NCBI GenBank assembly: GCA_050633245.1
Contig: JBOEGD010000012.1
Location: forward strand, 32,001-96,000
DNA from: Calditrichia bacterium
Lineage (GTDB): Bacteria; Calditrichota; Calditrichia; RBG-13-44-9; J075
Direction of reading: 5' to 3'
Length of the DNA stretch: 64,000 bases
Below the pieces are notes generated by a model, which did not search any database, was not told the origin of the DNA, and saw nothing but the letters and a program-made list of their open reading frames with translations. The position numbers were made by a program, and so were the translations under genes. This document shows, piece by piece, positions 10,105 through 20,778 of this stretch (position 1 is its first letter; each line of letters starts with the position of its first letter).

Positions 10105-11574
10105 ATGAATTTTGTATTCTCGGGCTGCATAACAGCGCTTTTTACATTGACATCGCTCGCGTTCTCTCAAGGCAGCGGTAGGATAGACCTGAACAGCCTC
10201 GAGAATTATGCTAATCAGTCCCGACCATCTTATATCTTCAAAGACAACACACCGGCAAACAACCCGATTACCGATGCAGGAGCCACCCTCGGGAGGGTTT
10301 TGTTCTACGATAAAAGGCTATCGGTAAACAATTCCGTATCATGTGCCGGCTGCCATCATCAACGGCATGCTTTTGGCGACCCCAATCAGGTCAGCACCGG
10401 TGTAAACGGTATAACAGGCCGCCATTCCATGCGGCTCATCAATACGCGCTTCGCTAGAGAATGGCGCTTCTTCTGGGATGAGCGTGCCGCCTCACTGGAA
10501 CAACAATCTACCATGCCGCTTCAGGATCACATTGAAATGGGATTTAGCGGAACAATGGGTGACCCGGAGCTCGACTCACTGTTAAACAAAATGTCGACAC
10601 TGGATTATTATTCTGTCCTCTTTGACTTCGTATATGGAGACCCGGGAATATCCGAGGAACGTATACAACTGGCAATGGCCCAGTTTATTCGCAGCATAGA
10701 ATCCTTCGACTCACGCTTCGACGAAGGGCTGACGCAAACCGGAAACATGCGCGTTAATTTTCCAAACTTCACTGAATCCGAGAATGATGGCAAGTTGCTG
10801 TTTTTGAACTTTCCGTTTTTTAATAATGACGGAGAGCGTGTTGCAGGCGGTGCAGGCTGCGCCTTTTGTCACAATCCGCCGGAGTTCAACATAAGAGCGG
10901 GTTCCGGAAATAACGGCTTTACACGCAAAATCGGCGGCGGCAAAGATTTCAGTATTACCCGTTCCCCTACACTGCGCGATATCGCAGCTGCAAACGGGGA
11001 CTTACACGGTGGACTTATGCATACGGGAGACAGGAATACCTTACAAGAAACGATCGATCATTATGATGATATCCTTATCGAGACAGGCAATTTTCGAATC
11101 GACCCGGTGTTGGTAGTTGGAGGCCGCGGCTGGCGCCTCAGGCTAACACCGGGTGAGCGAATTGCCTTGGAAGATTTCATAAAAACACTGACTGGCTCGA
11201 ACGTTTACACCGATCTTAAATGGTCGGATCCATTTGATGCAAACGGCGATTTGGAAATTACTCCACCTTCAACCACAGGCACTGAGCCACAGGCCCCTGC
11301 CGATGCCCTTACCTTTGAGCTTGCGCAAAACTATCCAAACCCATTCAATCCGTCCACTACTATTTCCTATCGTATCGGCCAGTCCAGCCGGGTAAACCTT
11401 AGCGTTTATAATATTCTGGGAATGGAAATCACCACACTGGTGAATAAATTTCAGGAAGCTGGGAGGTATGATATTCCGTTTAACGCAGAGAATTTACCGG
11501 CAGGTGTATATTTTTATCGCCTGACAGCAGACAGACAGCCGGTTGAAACCCGTAAAATGCTGCTAAGTAAGTAG
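10105..11574 (+). CDS. Di-heme cytochrome c peroxidase/MauG family protein with C-terminal secretion (T9SS/Por-type) domain
   Basis: LGRVLFYDKRLS, SCAGCH, FWDERA, CAFCH, PTLRD..MHTG; C-terminal QNYPNPFNPSTTI...GVYFYRL...RKMLLSK. Confidence 0.88.
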   Translation: MNFVFSGCITALFTLTSLAFSQGSGRIDLNSLENYANQSRPSYIFKDNTPANNPITDAGATLGRVLFYDKRLSVNNSVSCAGCHHQRHAFGDPNQVSTGVNGITGRHSMRLINTRFAREWRFFWDERAASLEQQSTMPLQDHIEMGFSGTMGDPELDSLLNKMSTLDYYSVLFDFVYGDPGISEERIQLAMAQFIRSIESFDSRFDEGLTQTGNMRVNFPNFTESENDGKLLFLNFPFFNNDGERVAGGAGCAFCHNPPEFNIRAGSGNNGFTRKIGGGKDFSITRSPTLRDIAAANGDLHGGLMHTGDRNTLQETIDHYDDILIETGNFRIDPVLVVGGRGWRLRLTPGERIALEDFIKTLTGSNVYTDLKWSDPFDANGDLEITPPSTTGTEPQAPADALTFELAQNYPNPFNPSTTISYRIGQSSRVNLSVYNILGMEITTLVNKFQEAGRYDIPFNAENLPAGVYFYRLTADRQPVETRKMLLSK

Positions 11575-11691
11575 AGACCCGACTGGAAGGCACTGGCTCG
11601 CCGGCATGCACCCCTGTCAACGAGCTGGTAGCGTTACTGAAAAAGCAGTAGGTTATTATTGTAGGCATGACACGAAGAAAGGAATTTCAGA

Positions 11692-13164
11692 TTGAATTTT
11701 GCACGCTTGAAGTATATCCCGACAGCATTAGTAGTGCTTACATCGCTCGCCTTCTCTCAAGGCAGCGGTACCATCGACCTGAACAGTCTCGAGAATTACG
11801 CTGATCAGCCCCGCCCATCCTATATTTTAAAAGACAACACTCCGGCAACCAATCCGCTTACCGATGCCGGAGCAACCCTCGGCAGAGTATTATTTTATGA
11901 TAAGAGGCTCTCGGTAAACAATTCCGTTAGCTGTGCCAGTTGCCACCATCAACAATTTGCTTTTGGTGATCCTGACCAGGTGAGCACAGGCGTAAATGGC
12001 ATTACCGCCCGCCATTCAATGCGACTCATCAATACACGTTTTGCCGAAGAAAAAAAATTCTTTTGGGATGAACGTGCCGCTTCGCTGGAAGAACAAACAT
12101 CGATGCCGCTTCAGGATCATATCGAGATGGGATTTAGCGGAACGATGGGTGATCCAGAGCTCGATTCGCTGCTAAATAAAATGTCTGCACTGGAATACTA
12201 TTCGATTCTCTTCAAATTTGTATATGGAGACGCAGCCATATCCGAGGCACGCATACAGCTGGCAATGGCTCAGTTTATTCGCAGTATAGAGTCTTTTGAC
12301 TCACGCTTCGATGCCGGACTGACACAAACTGGCGACATAGACGCGTATTTCCCGAACTTCACTAAGGCTCAGAACTCCGGAAAACAGCTGTTTCTGGGAA
12401 CACCGGTATTTAATAATGATGGCGAGCGTATTGCGGGAGGCGCCGGATGTGCATTATGCCATACTCCTCCGGAGTTCGACATTAAACCAGGCTCCGGGAA
12501 TAACGGCTTTACTCGTAAACTTGGCGGTGGAAATGATTTTAATATTACCCGTGCTCCCACCCTGCGCGACGTTGTCAAATTCAACGGCGCTTCGAACGGT
12601 GGACTCATGCATACGGGTGGCATGTTCAGCATAATCCATGTGATCGACCATTATGATAAGATTGAGATCGTGGAGGGCAACGAACAAATCGACTCGGTAC
12701 TGGTGAGAAGCGGCAGGGGTTGGAACCTCCTGCTCTCTACTCAAGAGGTTAGAGATCTGTTCAGATTTATTGCAACACTGGGCGGTACAAATGTTTATTT
12801 CAACCCCAAGTGGTCCAATCCATTCGACGCAAACGGCGATTTGGAAGTGATTCCACCAACCACCACAGGCATTGAGCCTCAGGCTCCTGCTGATGCACTG
12901 ACTTTTGAGCTGATGCAGAACTATCCCAACCCATTCAATCCATCGACGACGATCTCCTACCGAGTCAGTCAATCCAGCCGGGTAAACCTAACCGTCTATA
13001 ACATTTTGGGAAAGGCAATTGCCACACCGGTAAATGGATTTCAGGAAGCGGGGCGCTACAGCATTTCGTTCAACGCGGCTGATTTAACAGCCGGAATTTA
13101 TTTTTATCGTTTAACTGCGGACGGCCAGCAGGTCGCAACCCGAAAAATGCTGCTGAGTAAGTAA
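11692..13164 (+). CDS. Second di-heme cytochrome c peroxidase/MauG family protein with secretion CTD (tandem paralog)
   Basis: Same architecture (SCASCH, CALCH, NYPNPFNPST); long stretches near-identical to 10105..11574; TTG start. Confidence 0.88.
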   Translation: MNFARLKYIPTALVVLTSLAFSQGSGTIDLNSLENYADQPRPSYILKDNTPATNPLTDAGATLGRVLFYDKRLSVNNSVSCASCHHQQFAFGDPDQVSTGVNGITARHSMRLINTRFAEEKKFFWDERAASLEEQTSMPLQDHIEMGFSGTMGDPELDSLLNKMSALEYYSILFKFVYGDAAISEARIQLAMAQFIRSIESFDSRFDAGLTQTGDIDAYFPNFTKAQNSGKQLFLGTPVFNNDGERIAGGAGCALCHTPPEFDIKPGSGNNGFTRKLGGGNDFNITRAPTLRDVVKFNGASNGGLMHTGGMFSIIHVIDHYDKIEIVEGNEQIDSVLVRSGRGWNLLLSTQEVRDLFRFIATLGGTNVYFNPKWSNPFDANGDLEVIPPTTTGIEPQAPADALTFELMQNYPNPFNPSTTISYRVSQSSRVNLTVYNILGKAIATPVNGFQEAGRYSISFNAADLTAGIYFYRLTADGQQVATRKMLLSK

Positions 13165-13236
13165 AGAATGCTCCTTTAATTGCTCAACAGCATCTAAACC
13201 GAGTCGGTAAATCAACTTGTTTTTAGCGGAAGTGCA

Positions 13237-14814
13237 CTAGACACTTCCCAAGGCGATGTAAATACCAATGGTTACGGCAACTAGACCTATTCCAAACCCT
13301 CTCGCATACTTCCACTGCGTCATGTCTACCACGCCAACATCCTGTATTTTAAATACTTCTTTGGGAGGATAAAAATATGATGCAATGTGCATTGCTACGA
13401 CATTTAGCACAAACTCGATGCCCCAGATATGTACAAAATGCAGATCAACTTTCAGAATAAAGTAAGTGGTTATATAAAAGGCAAACCCAAACAGTAAGCC
13501 AACCTTTGCGCCGGTAGCCGAAACTTTTGGGAAAAAGAATCCAGCCAGTATTACGGTAGCCATTGGAATAAAAAAGATGCCGTTAAGTTCTTGTAGCAGC
13601 TGATACAAGCCTTCCGGAGCATCAGCAACTAAGGGTGCAACAGCAATAGAGACAACAGCAAGGATAAGAGACACCGTTTTCCCCATCCACACCTGCTGCT
13701 TTTCACTGGCATCCGTATTTAGATAGCGTTTGTAAACCCCGAGACTAAAAATAGTTGCCGCACTGTTTAACCCACTGTTAAACGTACTCAAAACAGCCCC
13801 CATTACCACCGCGACAAAAAAACCTGTCATCCAGTAAGGCAATACTTTGTTTACCAATAGCGGGTAAATAGTATCCTGCTCATTATACAGTGAATCTCCA
13901 AAGTGATAATAGGCGATAAGTCCGGGCAGGATAATAACAATGGGAATAAGGATTTTCAAAATACCGGCATATAGTAAGCCTTTTTGCGCCTCAACTAAAC
14001 TTTTTGCCCCGAGGACGCGCTGAATGATTGACTGATGCATGCACCAGAAATAGAGCTGATTCACAATCAATCCTGTAAATAGCACTTCAAAAGGTAGTAT
14101 AGAATCTCGTGCTCCAATAACGTTAAACTTGGAAGGCTCATATTCAAACACCTTTACCAAACCAGAGGCAATGTTTCCATCTCCAATGCTCCAAAGGGCC
14201 AAAACAGGTATCAAAACTCCGGCTATCAGCAATCCATAACCATTAACCGTGTCTGTATAGGCAACCATTTTTAATCCACCAAATATGGCATAAATCGATC
14301 CGACGACCCCAATAGCAATAACTGTAATCCACATTCCCGTTCCTTGAGACACTCCCAGCATTTCAGAAATATTGAAGATGCTTTCGATATTAATCGCACC
14401 GGTGTACAGCACAATTGGCAGAAGTGTCGTAACAAAGGAAATAATTAACAATAAGGCGATCATTGTTCTGGTCATACCATCAAACCGATGTTCCAGGAAC
14501 TCCGGTATTGTGGTTAGTCCCATCTTCAGATACCGAGGCACAAAATACAGTGCCGCCGCCACCAACGCGACCGCCGATGTTACTTCCCACGCGATGATTA
14601 TGGCACCAAAACGATAGGAAGACCCATTCATGCCGATTAAATGTTCGGTAGAGATATTGGTTAACAACATCGATCCGGCAATCACAACGCCGGTTAAACT
14701 TCGCCCCCCTAAGAAATATCCATCTTTGGAATCCAGATTGTCTTTTCTAAGACGATAGGCCGAATAAATTGCTACAAACGCAGTAAACCCCAGAAAGCTC
14801 AAAAATTGAATCAT
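13237..14814 (-). CDS. Solute:sodium symporter (SSS), YidK-like sugar/inositol transporter
   Basis: GYFLGGRSL, SMLLTNISTEHLIG, TIPEFLEHRF, GGLKMVAYTD and QSIIQRVL motifs; many TM helices. Confidence 0.9.
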   Translation of the reverse strand: MIQFLSFLGFTAFVAIYSAYRLRKDNLDSKDGYFLGGRSLTGVVIAGSMLLTNISTEHLIGMNGSSYRFGAIIIAWEVTSAVALVAAALYFVPRYLKMGLTTIPEFLEHRFDGMTRTMIALLLIISFVTTLLPIVLYTGAINIESIFNISEMLGVSQGTGMWITVIAIGVVGSIYAIFGGLKMVAYTDTVNGYGLLIAGVLIPVLALWSIGDGNIASGLVKVFEYEPSKFNVIGARDSILPFEVLFTGLIVNQLYFWCMHQSIIQRVLGAKSLVEAQKGLLYAGILKILIPIVIILPGLIAYYHFGDSLYNEQDTIYPLLVNKVLPYWMTGFFVAVVMGAVLSTFNSGLNSAATIFSLGVYKRYLNTDASEKQQVWMGKTVSLILAVVSIAVAPLVADAPEGLYQLLQELNGIFFIPMATVILAGFFFPKVSATGAKVGLLFGFAFYITTYFILKVDLHFVHIWGIEFVLNVVAMHIASYFYPPKEVFKIQDVGVVDMTQWKYARGFGIGLVAVTIGIYIALGSV

Positions 14815-15210
14815 AACTGCACCGCCGACATTTTGTTATTCTTACGCTCGTTGGTCTGAGAGTGGTTCAGCAGGTCTGCGAAGCACTGCCATTTAATGAT
14901 CGAGCCTATTATAAATACGCGAATGAATCGACATAAAAAAGGGGCAGAGTGAATAGAACCCAATTTTGCATTGTTCGAATTAATAAGTATACTTATTTCA
15001 AATGGCCTGTTGAAAGACCAATACAGGTTGCCAAATCAACAGCCCGGCCCCTGACTCAGACTTTAATTAGTTCGCTCGTATATAAAGCAAATAGATAATG
15101 CAGGACTCAACGTCAGACAAAACAGCTTGAACCTGCCTTCCTGTTAAGAATTGATTTTACAACGCGCTCAACTACTTATTCTTTGTGACCAAATTAAGGA
15201 GGTCCAACAA

Positions 15211-17931
15211 ATGCAAGCTAATCAACCGTATTCAAGGGCAGCAAAACTCTATCAAATTCTAATTGTGACTTTTGCTTTTTGCTTTGTGCTCTCAACACAC
15301 CTTCAAAGCCAGGAGACGTTTGGAAATATTGATGGAAGAATTACAGATGGTGATGGCAAGGCTTTAACTGGTGCAAACGTGATTCTACAAGGAGCAAATA
15401 AGGGCACCGCAACGGATTTAAATGGACGCTATAATATAAACCGGGTTACTGCAGGGTCTTATACCTTGGAAGTTTCTTACATTGGCTATCAGACACAGAC
15501 GGTTGAAATTAGCATCAGCGACGGACAGACTACAACCCAAGACATTCAGCTGAGCGCTGCGATTTTTGATGTGAGTGAAGAGGTCGTTTGGGGAATTCGT
15601 GCAAAAGGACAAGCTGCTGCACTTACCAGACAAAAAAATGCTGCAAATATTGTAAACATTGTTGCTGCTGACCAGATGGGACGCTTTCCCGATGGTAATG
15701 CCTCTGAAGCTGTTCAGCGCGTACCGGGCGTCGCTCTGGAGCGAGATCAGGGTGAGGGGCGCTATATTCAAATTCGAGGCGGCTCTGCACTAATGTCTTC
15801 CATTACCTTTAATGGCGAGAGAATCCCTTCACCGGAAGATAGCAGGCAGATCGCACTTGATGCTGTGCCGGTAGACATTCTGGAATCGATTGAAGTAGCG
15901 AAAGCAATTACACCGGACATGGATGCCGATGCAATCGGAGGTAGTGTAAATCTTGTTACGAAGAAGGCGCCATTTGAGAGACTCGTAAACCTTGAGTTAG
16001 CCGGCGGATACAATGCCATACGCGAAAACGGCGGCGGGAGTGGCAATATCACATTGGGCACCCGAACGGCAAATGATAAAATCGGCATTCTTGCAAATGC
16101 CAGCTGGAATCGACGCAGTCTCGGCTCAGACAATGTGGAACCGGAGTATGATCTGGGAGACCCTGGTTTAGGTGATGACGTTCTGAGCGAACTGCAAACG
16201 CGACTCTATGATATCGATCGAACCCGAGTTGGCCTGAATACAATGCTGGATTTCCGCCATAGCAATCAGTCTTCAAATTTTCTAAATATCATTTATTCTC
16301 AAAGTAAGGACGAGCAATTACGCCGAAAGTTTGTAAATGCAGATTTTGATGATGGCGATGTATTGGAACTGGAAGATAACTGGAGAACCGAAGACCTTAG
16401 TACATTAAACCTGTCTGGCGGCGGAGATCATAATCTGAACAATGGGATGGCTATTAACTATAATGTCACCTATGTAAAATCCAGAGAAGAGAAACCAGAC
16501 ATTCAGGAAATCGTATGGGTTCAGGAAGGCCTGACCAGCTTTAGCCCATCCATCGCAGATCCCGAAAACATAACTGCTAATCCGGGATCTGTATCGGGTG
16601 AGTATGAATTCGACAAAATCGAAACGGAAACAAGCGAAATCAATAATGAAGACGTCGTTGCTGCACTCAGCTTCAGCCTTCCTCTGAACATCGGAAGCAC
16701 AGACGGGAAGCTTACATTTGGCGGTAAATTCAGAACCAAAACAAAAGACCAACAAGTTGAAGTAATGGAATATGGGCTTGTCGCTGGTGATGCAATTTTG
16801 GGAGATGGATTTGGCGAAGACTTCAGCCTGGATGGATTTAACCCGGGCAATTACCCCTTTCCGGGAACTGTTACTAATGTCGACGATTTGCAAAACATCG
16901 TCAGTTCATTTTCGTCCCGCTTTGGAGAATTGGAAAGCGAAAAAGATATCGAAGCCGATGCTGAAGATTATGAAGTGAAAGAACGTGTTGTCGCCGGGTT
17001 TGGCATGATTGAGTTGAATGTATCTGAAAAGTTTACTTTGATTCCCGGTGTTCGTTTTGAACAAACCAATGACGAAACTCAGGGTTTCGAGTTCGACAGC
17101 GAGCTGGAAACAACCGTTGCCTCACCCGTTGCGGAAGAGTCATACGGCAATTTTTTTCCTATGATGCATCTGCGCTATCGCGCGACACCCTATACGAATG
17201 TTAGAGCCGCTTATACTTCTGCTATTGCCAGACCCAATTTTTACGATCTTGTCCCCTATCGAATTCGTGATGATGAAGATTTATTTATCGGAAATGCTGA
17301 ATTATCACCAACAACTTCTGCCAATTTAGATCTGCTTGTAGAACACTACAATCAATCGATTGGCGTTCTTTCGGGCGGCATATTTTACAAACGGCTTACC
17401 GACCCCATTTTTGTTTTCGTAGAAGACAACACATTAGGTGGCGATACAAATCAGCCACGCAATGGAGAATCCGGCAATATATTTGGTGCTGAATTAGCCA
17501 TTCAGCAACAGTTAAGATTTCTTCCCGGAGCTCTCAATGGACTGGGATTCTATGGAAACTTCACCTATGTGGATTCTAAATTGACGTTGCCCGATGGACG
17601 TGAGGTTAAACTCCCGGGACAGGCAAATAATATTCTCAACCTTGCACTAAACTATGAAAAGTCGGGCTTTTTTGCGCAAACAAGTGTGAGTTATCATGGC
17701 GACTATCTAATGGAAGTGGGTGGCAGCGAGGAAGAAGATTTGTTTATCGACAAACATCTGCAGATTGATGCCTCAGCAAGCTATCAATTGTCGGAGACTT
17801 TCAATGTTTTCCTTGAACTCGTTAATCTTAACAATGAGCGATTTAAAGTATTTGAAGGGGTCAGCGAACGCCCGCGACAGCTTGAGTATTATGAAACCTC
17901 AGGCCGGTTGGGACTAAGGTTCAATCTGTAA
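15211..17931 (+). CDS. TonB-dependent receptor with N-terminal carboxypeptidase-regulatory-like domain
   Basis: AAGGAGG RBS before ATG 15211; GRITD..GANV..VSYIGY domain; plug EAVQRVPGV, ERDQGEGRYIQIRG, TPDMDADAIGG; C-terminal NLNNE...GLRFNL. Confidence 0.92.
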   Translation: MQANQPYSRAAKLYQILIVTFAFCFVLSTHLQSQETFGNIDGRITDGDGKALTGANVILQGANKGTATDLNGRYNINRVTAGSYTLEVSYIGYQTQTVEISISDGQTTTQDIQLSAAIFDVSEEVVWGIRAKGQAAALTRQKNAANIVNIVAADQMGRFPDGNASEAVQRVPGVALERDQGEGRYIQIRGGSALMSSITFNGERIPSPEDSRQIALDAVPVDILESIEVAKAITPDMDADAIGGSVNLVTKKAPFERLVNLELAGGYNAIRENGGGSGNITLGTRTANDKIGILANASWNRRSLGSDNVEPEYDLGDPGLGDDVLSELQTRLYDIDRTRVGLNTMLDFRHSNQSSNFLNIIYSQSKDEQLRRKFVNADFDDGDVLELEDNWRTEDLSTLNLSGGGDHNLNNGMAINYNVTYVKSREEKPDIQEIVWVQEGLTSFSPSIADPENITANPGSVSGEYEFDKIETETSEINNEDVVAALSFSLPLNIGSTDGKLTFGGKFRTKTKDQQVEVMEYGLVAGDAILGDGFGEDFSLDGFNPGNYPFPGTVTNVDDLQNIVSSFSSRFGELESEKDIEADAEDYEVKERVVAGFGMIELNVSEKFTLIPGVRFEQTNDETQGFEFDSELETTVASPVAEESYGNFFPMMHLRYRATPYTNVRAAYTSAIARPNFYDLVPYRIRDDEDLFIGNAELSPTTSANLDLLVEHYNQSIGVLSGGIFYKRLTDPIFVFVEDNTLGGDTNQPRNGESGNIFGAELAIQQQLRFLPGALNGLGFYGNFTYVDSKLTLPDGREVKLPGQANNILNLALNYEKSGFFAQTSVSYHGDYLMEVGGSEEEDLFIDKHLQIDASASYQLSETFNVFLELVNLNNERFKVFEGVSERPRQLEYYETSGRLGLRFNL

Positions 17932-17970
17932 GCGATTAGCTGGTTCGCAGTTAATAACAGTCTTATGCAG

Positions 17971-18003
17971 TTCTTCTTTGCCACACTTATTGGCAAAGAA
18001 GAA
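17971..18003. terminator. Stem-loop after the TonB receptor gene
   Basis: TTCTTCTTTGCCA-CACTTAT-TGGCAAAGAAGAA, perfect 13-bp stem. Confidence 0.65.
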
Positions 18004-18074
18004 CGATTCAATATGTTTATGACAATAGACAATGTTTAAGTGCTTCAACGCTACTTCTCTATGCAAGGAAAGAA

Positions 18075-19160
18075 ATGAATAAGCCTTTGAAACTGGCAGT
18101 GCTCGGAGTGGGTAGAATGGGTTTTATTCATGCACGCCACGTTCAGGAACTGGCCGAGAAGACCAATACCTGTCAACTGGTTGCTGTAGCTGACACAGAT
18201 AGAGACTTCTCCGCCAAAACAGCCCATAAGCTCCAGCAACATCAGAATACAAAAATTTACTCCTATGCGAGTGCTACGGAACTGGCAATTAGCAATAGTA
18301 TAGATGCTGCAGTTATTGCTTCTCCCACTGTAAATCACTATCAAGATACCAAAATACTTGTTGATGCAGGCTATCGCGTGCTTTTAGAAAAACCGCTCAC
18401 TGCTTCACTTCAAGATGCGAAAGAACTTACAGGCTATTTAGACTCCAGTCAGAAGGCCAGTACTTCTGTGATGCTGGCTTTTATGAGGCGATTTGACGAG
18501 CCATTAATGCTGGCAAAAAAACTATTGGACTCCGGCAAAATTGGCCGTCCGTTTAAATACTCGTCTATTTTGGAAGATCCGCTTCCACCACCGGAAGGTT
18601 ATATCAGCCCGGGGCTTTTGCTGGATATGGCAATTCATAATATTGATGAAATTCTCTGGCTGCATGGAGACAAACCGGAACGTGCGATTGCTTTCGGCTC
18701 AAACCTCTATAGCCATGGAGAAAGTGATGTTGAGGAAGATTTTGATGATGCAATGCTGCAATTATGGTTTCCGGGTAATGTGCTCGGGCAGATTCAGGTA
18801 AGCAGAAATCACGTCGCGGGCTATCGTGCCGAAACGTGGATTTACGGTGAGCAAGGTATGATTCACGTTGGACATTTTCAGGATGACCCACATGCCATTT
18901 CCGTGAACTCTTATAGTCGTGACAATCAGGTGATTGAGAAAAAGATATTCATGCAGCGAAAGTATGAGGAGGACGTTCCGGTTTTTGCAACCCGGTTCGG
19001 CAATTCCTATAAATCCGAACTGACTCATTTTGTCGATCAATGTCATACCAACTCTCCATTTTCCGTGACACATATAGATGGATTTCTCGCACAACAGGTT
19101 GCTTTCGCGAGTCAACGCACGGTAAAAGGCGCAGATGGCGCGAATCTCATTAGATACTAA
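18075..19160 (+). CDS. Gfo/Idh/MocA oxidoreductase, myo-inositol 2-dehydrogenase-like
   Basis: GVGRMG Rossmann motif, EKP, FMRRFD and DMAIHNID motifs. Confidence 0.85.
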   Translation: MNKPLKLAVLGVGRMGFIHARHVQELAEKTNTCQLVAVADTDRDFSAKTAHKLQQHQNTKIYSYASATELAISNSIDAAVIASPTVNHYQDTKILVDAGYRVLLEKPLTASLQDAKELTGYLDSSQKASTSVMLAFMRRFDEPLMLAKKLLDSGKIGRPFKYSSILEDPLPPPEGYISPGLLLDMAIHNIDEILWLHGDKPERAIAFGSNLYSHGESDVEEDFDDAMLQLWFPGNVLGQIQVSRNHVAGYRAETWIYGEQGMIHVGHFQDDPHAISVNSYSRDNQVIEKKIFMQRKYEEDVPVFATRFGNSYKSELTHFVDQCHTNSPFSVTHIDGFLAQQVAFASQRTVKGADGANLIRY

Positions 19161-19480
19161 CTAAAGATGTTGCCGAACGAACTTCGATTATAGGTTTCAA
19201 TCAACACCTGTCTTTTTGAGAAAAAAATTCTTTTCCTATTGATTGTCTTGGTAGAACAAGATAATTTAAGACAAAAGAGTCTTTATTCTTAAACAGAGGC
19301 ACCAATGACACACTCAGGTCGGGAATAGATAAAAATGATCATAAAGAATGTTGATTTTTCTTTCCAGTTGAGGAAGTCAACATTCCTTTTCGGACAGTAG
19401 CAAGATTAACAATCGCCGGAAGCAACTGCTACGCCCCAAACCTGTATGGAAGCAATAAACAGACGTATAATGGAGGCAAC

Positions 19481-20713
19481 ATGAAGCACCTCAAGTTATT
19501 AGCCATAGCATTTTTATGTGTAACGCCACTTTTCGTTTGGGCGGATGGAGATGAGGAAAATAAAGACTGGAAGTTAATTGCACAAATCCGCCAGCGCTCG
19601 GAAGTCGATAATCGGGATTTTAACAGCGATACCGGGCTCGAATCGTTCACCGGTCTGCGGTCCCGTCTGGGTGTACTGTTCACACCGGCCGAGGACCTGA
19701 GTGCCTTTTTTCAAGTGCAGGATACGCGATTCTTCGGAACGGAAACCAGCACGCTCTTCGACGGTAGGGCAGATAATTTCGACCTGCGCCAGGCCTACTT
19801 CCACCTTAAGGATCTCTTTAGCTGGCCGGTAGATATTAAAATGGGTCGTATGGAAGTAAACTATGGGCCCCAGCGCTTGATCGGCGCGGTTGGATGGCAT
19901 CCAATTGGACGCAGCTTCGATGGAGGAATACTCACCATCAAAGGGGACGGGAAATCTCTCGATATTTTTTCCTTTAAAGAAGTGGAAGAATTTGAAATTG
20001 AAGACAAAGGCGATCGCAGTGTAGGCGGAGCTTACGGAAATATAAATGTCGGGGACAGCCATAAGGTGCAGCCATTTATTATCTGGCAGATCAGCACGCC
20101 GGATTCGATCATCAATCGCTTCACTACCGGATTTTATGTCAATGGAAAGCCCGGCAACTTTCGCCATGAGCTTGAGTTCGCCTATCAGGGTGGTTCAGTG
20201 GGCGATCTGGACGTAGCAGCCTACATGTTTGCAGCTAACTTCGGCTACGTATTCTCAGATGTATCAACAAAACCCATGGTTTCCATCGGCGTTGATTATC
20301 TAAGCGGTGACGATACCTTGGGGGATAATGACATCAAGTTCTTTGACACCCTGTATGGCACCAACCACAAATATTACGGTTTCATGGATTACTTTCTAAA
20401 CATTCCGGTCAATACCTTTGGCCGTGGATTGATGGATCTGCATCTAAGGTCTTCCATAAATATTAACAAAAGCACCAAGCTTGCCTTAGCGCTGCACAAC
20501 TTTTCTTCCACTGAAGACTTTGTGGGAACCGGCGGCGAGACCGAAACCGCGTTCGGAAAGGAAATCGACCTCACACTGACGCATAAGTACAACTCTCAGC
20601 TTGGCATAACCATCGGTGCATCCATATTCTCACCGGGTGAGATCTTTAAACAAGAGCGCGGTGAAGATCTGTCCAGCTGGTATTACCTGATGACAACAGT
20701 TAATTTGAAGTAA
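19481..20713 (+). CDS. Alginate-export-family outer-membrane beta-barrel
   Basis: Signal peptide; RSRLG, QVQD.R, LRQAY, GRMEVNYGPQRLIG..GW...GRSFDG, SGDD, LYGTNHKYYG.MD motifs. Confidence 0.85.
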   Translation: MKHLKLLAIAFLCVTPLFVWADGDEENKDWKLIAQIRQRSEVDNRDFNSDTGLESFTGLRSRLGVLFTPAEDLSAFFQVQDTRFFGTETSTLFDGRADNFDLRQAYFHLKDLFSWPVDIKMGRMEVNYGPQRLIGAVGWHPIGRSFDGGILTIKGDGKSLDIFSFKEVEEFEIEDKGDRSVGGAYGNINVGDSHKVQPFIIWQISTPDSIINRFTTGFYVNGKPGNFRHELEFAYQGGSVGDLDVAAYMFAANFGYVFSDVSTKPMVSIGVDYLSGDDTLGDNDIKFFDTLYGTNHKYYGFMDYFLNIPVNTFGRGLMDLHLRSSININKSTKLALALHNFSSTEDFVGTGGETETAFGKEIDLTLTHKYNSQLGITIGASIFSPGEIFKQERGEDLSSWYYLMTTVNLK

Positions 20714-20735
20714 TATCATTCAAGAAAATCTGTAG

Positions 20736-20778
20736 AAAAAAAGCGTTCCTTATAAAAACGGTGAGGAGCGCTTTTTTT
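20736..20778 (+). terminator. Rho-independent (bidirectional) terminator
   Basis: AAAAAAAGCGTTCCT...AGGAGCGCTTTTTTT. Confidence 0.75.

Noticed and set aside
19290-19470. Known riboswitch upstream of the alginate-export gene
   Set aside because: Hairpins are present, but I could not match any conserved riboswitch core.
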